A stretch of 64,000 bases of DNA from Enterobacteria phage vB_EcoM_IME281. This document shows positions 60,449 to 64,000 of this stretch, piece after piece. The notes under the pieces were generated by a model, which was not told the origin of the DNA, searched no databases, and worked only from the letters and a program-made list of their open reading frames with translations. Both the position numbers and the translations under genes were made by a program. The stretch lies in the sequence record MH051913; one strand, written 5' to 3'. How positions within the stretch are numbered: the stretch's first letter is position 1; each line of letters begins with the position of its first letter.

Positions 60449-61294
60449 ATGTCACAGGCAATTAATCAAATTCGTTCTGAAGTTAAAAAAGTTGTTAAAT
60501 TTGGTCGTATTCCTAGTTCTAAAGAAGTGGTTGAAAAGGTCCTATATATGATGTGGGACAAGTTCAATGTTTGTACTGTTAAAGATGACTTCACTAAAAT
60601 CTTTGACAAGACTAAAGGTTCGTTTACGTTAGAAGACCGAGTCATGAAAACCCTTCGTAAAACGGGTATGTTGTCTCGTGCTAATGCCAAAATTATTCTT
60701 AAAAATTATAACAAAGGCTACGACCTCTATGGTCGTTTAATCCCGGCGATGTCATTTGATGAAGTTGTTCAAGACCTTCATGCCAACCAACGACGTCTAC
60801 TGGCGCTTGGCGCTCGACTTGCAAAAGGTCAAGATAAGCAAATGCCATTTAAGACTAATGGTTCGGGTGATTGGATTATCTTTAATATTGTTAACCACCC
60901 TGGAAATGAAAATGAGTACACCATTTCAACTTTTAGTGGTTGCCAATATGACAACTGGAAGTTCCATCTGCGCTTGGCCCTATCTGAATTAGAACAACAC
61001 AGTGTTCTTAGTTTTGGTGATGCTGAAACTGGAGTAGGTCAACGTATTAAACTTTATAAAATTAAAGACCTGGCTGAAGAGCATTCAGAACAAGCTCCTA
61101 AAATGGAACCTGTACCAGTGCGAAGCAATGAGAAACATCAAGCCCAGATTGAGTATTTTAGCAATTTGCTTACTTGCTTGAATGTTACAATCCAACAACA
61201 AGATGATGAGATTTTCCGACTCTCTGGTCTGAATGCCAAAGCTAAGGCTGAACGCCAGAAATATATCGATATCCTAAATCTTCTTAAGGATTAA
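60449..61294 (+). CDS. Hypothetical protein
   Basis: 281 aa; GAGGA SD. Confidence 0.5.
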   Translation: MSQAINQIRSEVKKVVKFGRIPSSKEVVEKVLYMMWDKFNVCTVKDDFTKIFDKTKGSFTLEDRVMKTLRKTGMLSRANAKIILKNYNKGYDLYGRLIPAMSFDEVVQDLHANQRRLLALGARLAKGQDKQMPFKTNGSGDWIIFNIVNHPGNENEYTISTFSGCQYDNWKFHLRLALSELEQHSVLSFGDAETGVGQRIKLYKIKDLAEEHSEQAPKMEPVPVRSNEKHQAQIEYFSNLLTCLNVTIQQQDDEIFRLSGLNAKAKAERQKYIDILNLLKD

Positions 61295-61296
61295 TT

Positions 61297-61377
61297 ATGG
61301 AATGGCTCGCTGTTCTTGGATATGTAATCGTAGCCACGGGTGTTCTGAGGCTAATTTTCTCAAACATTGTAGGTTAA
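61297..61377 (+). CDS. Candidate 26-aa hydrophobic micro-protein (MEWLAVLGYVIVATGVLRLIFSNIVG)
   Basis: AAGGA SD 6 nt upstream; tightly packed between neighbouring genes. Confidence 0.3.
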   Translation: MEWLAVLGYVIVATGVLRLIFSNIVG

Positions 61378-61378
61378 T

Positions 61379-61594
61379 ATGGAAATCTTAGGTTTTATTC
61401 TCCTTTACTTTGTGCTAGGATTTATGACGACCTTTATCATTCATAAATCAGGTGATTGGAATCCAATCGAAATTGAATCAAGCTATGATGCAGTATTCAT
61501 TACACTAGTATGGCCCCTACTTTGGGTTGTTTTGGTCATTATGATGGTGTTTTGGCCTATTGCTAAATTCTATGAAAAATTATTTGGACTTTAA
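61379..61594 (+). CDS. Small membrane protein (two TM helices)
   Basis: 71 aa. Confidence 0.45.
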   Translation: MEILGFILLYFVLGFMTTFIIHKSGDWNPIEIESSYDAVFITLVWPLLWVVLVIMMVFWPIAKFYEKLFGL

Positions 61595-61595
61595 T

Positions 61596-62477
61596 ATGAA
61601 CATTAAAACACGTAAAGAATACTCTATATACGACCATGACACTACTCGTCGTATCGCTATTGACCGGTTAGCAGACTTTGGTTATATTTGTAATGGTAAT
61701 TATACTTATGGCGTAGGACGTAAAGGAACTTATATCGGTTCTTTGAACGATTATTGCCGTTGCCCAGCCCACCTGTTTGGTGCAACATTGCGGGCTAATA
61801 TCAAAGACCTCTTGGCTACCGCAGGACGTATTTCTACGGTTCCTGTTAATATCAAAAGTATTAATTTTACGGCTCGTAACCTAGTCATTAATATTCTGCC
61901 TGATGGTATTCAAGTTCGTTTCCGTCCCACCTCAAAAGGCAATAAAGCCCTTCGTGAAGCATTCGAAACCTTATTCAGGGAAGCAATGACTCGTATTAAG
62001 GCAGTAGAATCATATAAAGTTACAACCGATGAATATGCCGATTGTTCTGGGCGAGCAGATGCAGTTTATTTTAATGTTAAACTAGCTCGCGAATATCTTT
62101 TATCTTATGCCCCTTATCAACCCCAACAAAAGGACCCACAAATGGAACGTCGTATATCTATCGCTACCTCTACAGTATCATGTGACAGTGTAGGCCAGTA
62201 TGCAGCCTATGACAAATTCAAAACCACTGCTGTGCCTAGTCCATTCAATTCCGAACCATATCATTGGAAAATTAAACCTGATAATTCTTTGGTTGTTACT
62301 AACCCTACGATGAAACCTATTGAGACCTATTATGCAGATAGCATTCAGGAATCAATCCACCGTTTAAATGGTCAGATTGAAGATGAGAAAAAGAGCATTC
62401 AAGACGTATTGACCCGCATCAAGAATATGGAAAACCAGCGTGACAAGCTCAGCGCGGCACTATTAGCTCTAAAATAG
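61596..62477 (+). CDS. Hypothetical protein with C-terminal coiled coil
   Basis: Start at MNIKTRKEY; 293 aa. Confidence 0.5.
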   Translation: MNIKTRKEYSIYDHDTTRRIAIDRLADFGYICNGNYTYGVGRKGTYIGSLNDYCRCPAHLFGATLRANIKDLLATAGRISTVPVNIKSINFTARNLVINILPDGIQVRFRPTSKGNKALREAFETLFREAMTRIKAVESYKVTTDEYADCSGRADAVYFNVKLAREYLLSYAPYQPQQKDPQMERRISIATSTVSCDSVGQYAAYDKFKTTAVPSPFNSEPYHWKIKPDNSLVVTNPTMKPIETYYADSIQESIHRLNGQIEDEKKSIQDVLTRIKNMENQRDKLSAALLALK

Positions 62478-62478
62478 T

Positions 62479-62520
62479 GTTTACATCCAAGGACGGATGG
62501 AGTATAATCCTTTTATCAAC
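62479..62520 (+). promoter_or_regulatory. Early promoter (GTTTAC -35, TATAAT -10 in aagga…tcctt stem)
   Basis: gtttacatccaaggacggatggagtataatcctt. Confidence 0.55.
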
Positions 62521-62536
62521 TACTGAGGAGAATATC

Positions 62537-63547
62537 ATGACCCGTACTGAATACATCAATGCCTTTACTAAGTATATCACTGACAATACCCCTCCATTAA
62601 CACCGTATGAGGTGATAGTTTCTAATATCAATAAATGGGTAGACCAAATTGATAAAGCATTATCCAATTGTTTCAAAGATGAAATCGAAAAGATTGCAGG
62701 CCGTTTGTTTATTTCTGATATCGTAGATACATTTAAAGGTTCTCGACTGCTTTCACGGTTGGTCAATAAGGATATCCTTTCAGAGTTTGGCAAAGAGAAA
62801 CACCCAGGTTCCAGCCACGTTGTTAGCTACCAATGGTTTGGTGATGTTTTAAAAAGCTATATCAAAATGAAAGGTACCGACCCTAAGGGCTTATTTCCTT
62901 TACGTTGGGCCGGTGAATTTAAGGCTAACTCCGCATTAATTCTAAAAGCAGCAACCAAAACCTTTGTAAAGGGTGATTGTCGTACTATCCACCCTATGGC
63001 TGATGGCATGATTAAAACAAACAACTATAAAGGGAAGGTGCTTATTTCTATTATTTGGTCGCCTAGTTGGAAACCTAAAGAAGTTGAAGTTTCGAAATAC
63101 CAAGATATTTCCTACAATACCCTGAATATTGTAGAACAAGCTTTAGCTTTGATGGATACAGTAGAGAAATATGAGATTCAAGAAATCAACCACCACTTAG
63201 GCTGGAAAGGATATGAAGTTTTAGTAACAGTTCGCGAAATCAAATGCCCTGTTCCAAAAACCGACGCTGAAATTTACCAAGAAAAATGTGAGGAAATTGT
63301 GAACACTGATAAAGAGCCTGCAACCTTAGAAGACTTGATTGATGAGCTGAATGGCCCAAGGCTACTGGCCTGTGCACCAATTACTAAATCCAAGCCGCCA
63401 GAAGTAGTTGCTCTGGAAAAAGCATATAAAGATGCCCTTGCTATCAACAAAAAACTGACCGGACAATATACTGCTGCCAAGAAACTTTGGGAAGAGTCTA
63501 CCAATCGTCTGGATAAACTGGAACAAGCCCTGGAGCTGTTGAAATGA
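62537..63547 (+). CDS. Hypothetical protein
   Basis: 336 aa; GAGGAG SD. Confidence 0.5.
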   Translation: MTRTEYINAFTKYITDNTPPLTPYEVIVSNINKWVDQIDKALSNCFKDEIEKIAGRLFISDIVDTFKGSRLLSRLVNKDILSEFGKEKHPGSSHVVSYQWFGDVLKSYIKMKGTDPKGLFPLRWAGEFKANSALILKAATKTFVKGDCRTIHPMADGMIKTNNYKGKVLISIIWSPSWKPKEVEVSKYQDISYNTLNIVEQALALMDTVEKYEIQEINHHLGWKGYEVLVTVREIKCPVPKTDAEIYQEKCEEIVNTDKEPATLEDLIDELNGPRLLACAPITKSKPPEVVALEKAYKDALAINKKLTGQYTAAKKLWEESTNRLDKLEQALELLK

Positions 63548-63765
63548 AATACCAATTAGCTGACGATATTGACCAAACTATTCCTGATTGGAATGCTGTT
63601 ATTAAAATTGTCGAACGTCGTGAAAAAGCTTCTAAGAATGTTCCAAACTGTCCTATGTGTGGAACTGAACAGGTCCAGTTGGTTCAATGGCGCCATAATC
63701 CGCTTCAGTATAAATGCCGCCATTGTAAACACCGATTTGAGCGAGACGAAAATGGCAAAGCGTAA
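63544..63765 (+). CDS. Small zinc-ribbon protein
   Basis: CPMCG…x…CRHC. Confidence 0.45.
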   Translation: MKYQLADDIDQTIPDWNAVIKIVERREKASKNVPNCPMCGTEQVQLVQWRHNPLQYKCRHCKHRFERDENGKA

Positions 63766-63988
63766 AGAATATGTAGAGGCCGCCGATAAGGCGGTTCGTG
63801 AACTTACTCTGGCTTATTATAAAGAGCATGGTAAATTCCCGGACAGTTATTCAGTATTGAAATCTGCTTTAACTCGTTCATATAATAATATGCGTTCAGA
63901 AGTTTATGATATTATGGACAAACATAAAGAACAAACCGGTCAATACCCGGATTATACTGAGACCTTCAAACAAGTATTAGGAATTTAA
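63752..63988 (+). CDS. Small hypothetical protein
   Basis: 78 aa. Confidence 0.4.
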   Translation: MAKRKEYVEAADKAVRELTLAYYKEHGKFPDSYSVLKSALTRSYNNMRSEVYDIMDKHKEQTGQYPDYTETFKQVLGI

Positions 63989-64000
63989 AATGTTTAAAAT

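Overview
The window is a segment of a T4-like (Tevenvirinae-type) myovirus genome, called by recognising conserved T4 protein sequences and gene order; no search was run. Positions 1-32471 carry the late structural/packaging module, almost all on the minus strand: 3' end of RNA ligase 2 (rnlB), two tandem gp24 vertex genes, gp23, gp22, gp21, gp68, gp67, gp20, gp19, gp18, gp17, gp16, gp15, gp14, gp13, wac, gp12-gp5, gp53. Many are preceded by T4 late-promoter boxes (TATAAATA) and separated by UUCG-type hairpins. Positions 32518-35906 carry the divergent block gp4, gp2, gp3, gp1, 57A, 57B on the plus strand. Positions 35903-64000 are a plus-strand early/accessory region of about 65 mostly small ORFs. 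It is punctuated by at least 13 copies of an early-promoter/stem-loop cassette (GTTTAC -35, ATACTATAGACCTATCAA around the -10), resembling the PeSL elements of RB49-group phages. Recognisable genes there are three tRNAs (CAT, GTT, TCT anticodons), nudE, e (endolysin), denV, regB and tk. The most novel-looking features are a tandem array of five small acidic paralogs ending in W-x-S-S-S-x-C, six genes with an N-terminal MKTY(Q/N/S)EF(I/L) capsid-targeting-like sequence, a Poa1p-like macro-domain protein, and two polymerase-beta-fold nucleotidyltransferase candidates. Coordinates of small ORFs and all functional calls outside the conserved core are predictions from sequence alone.
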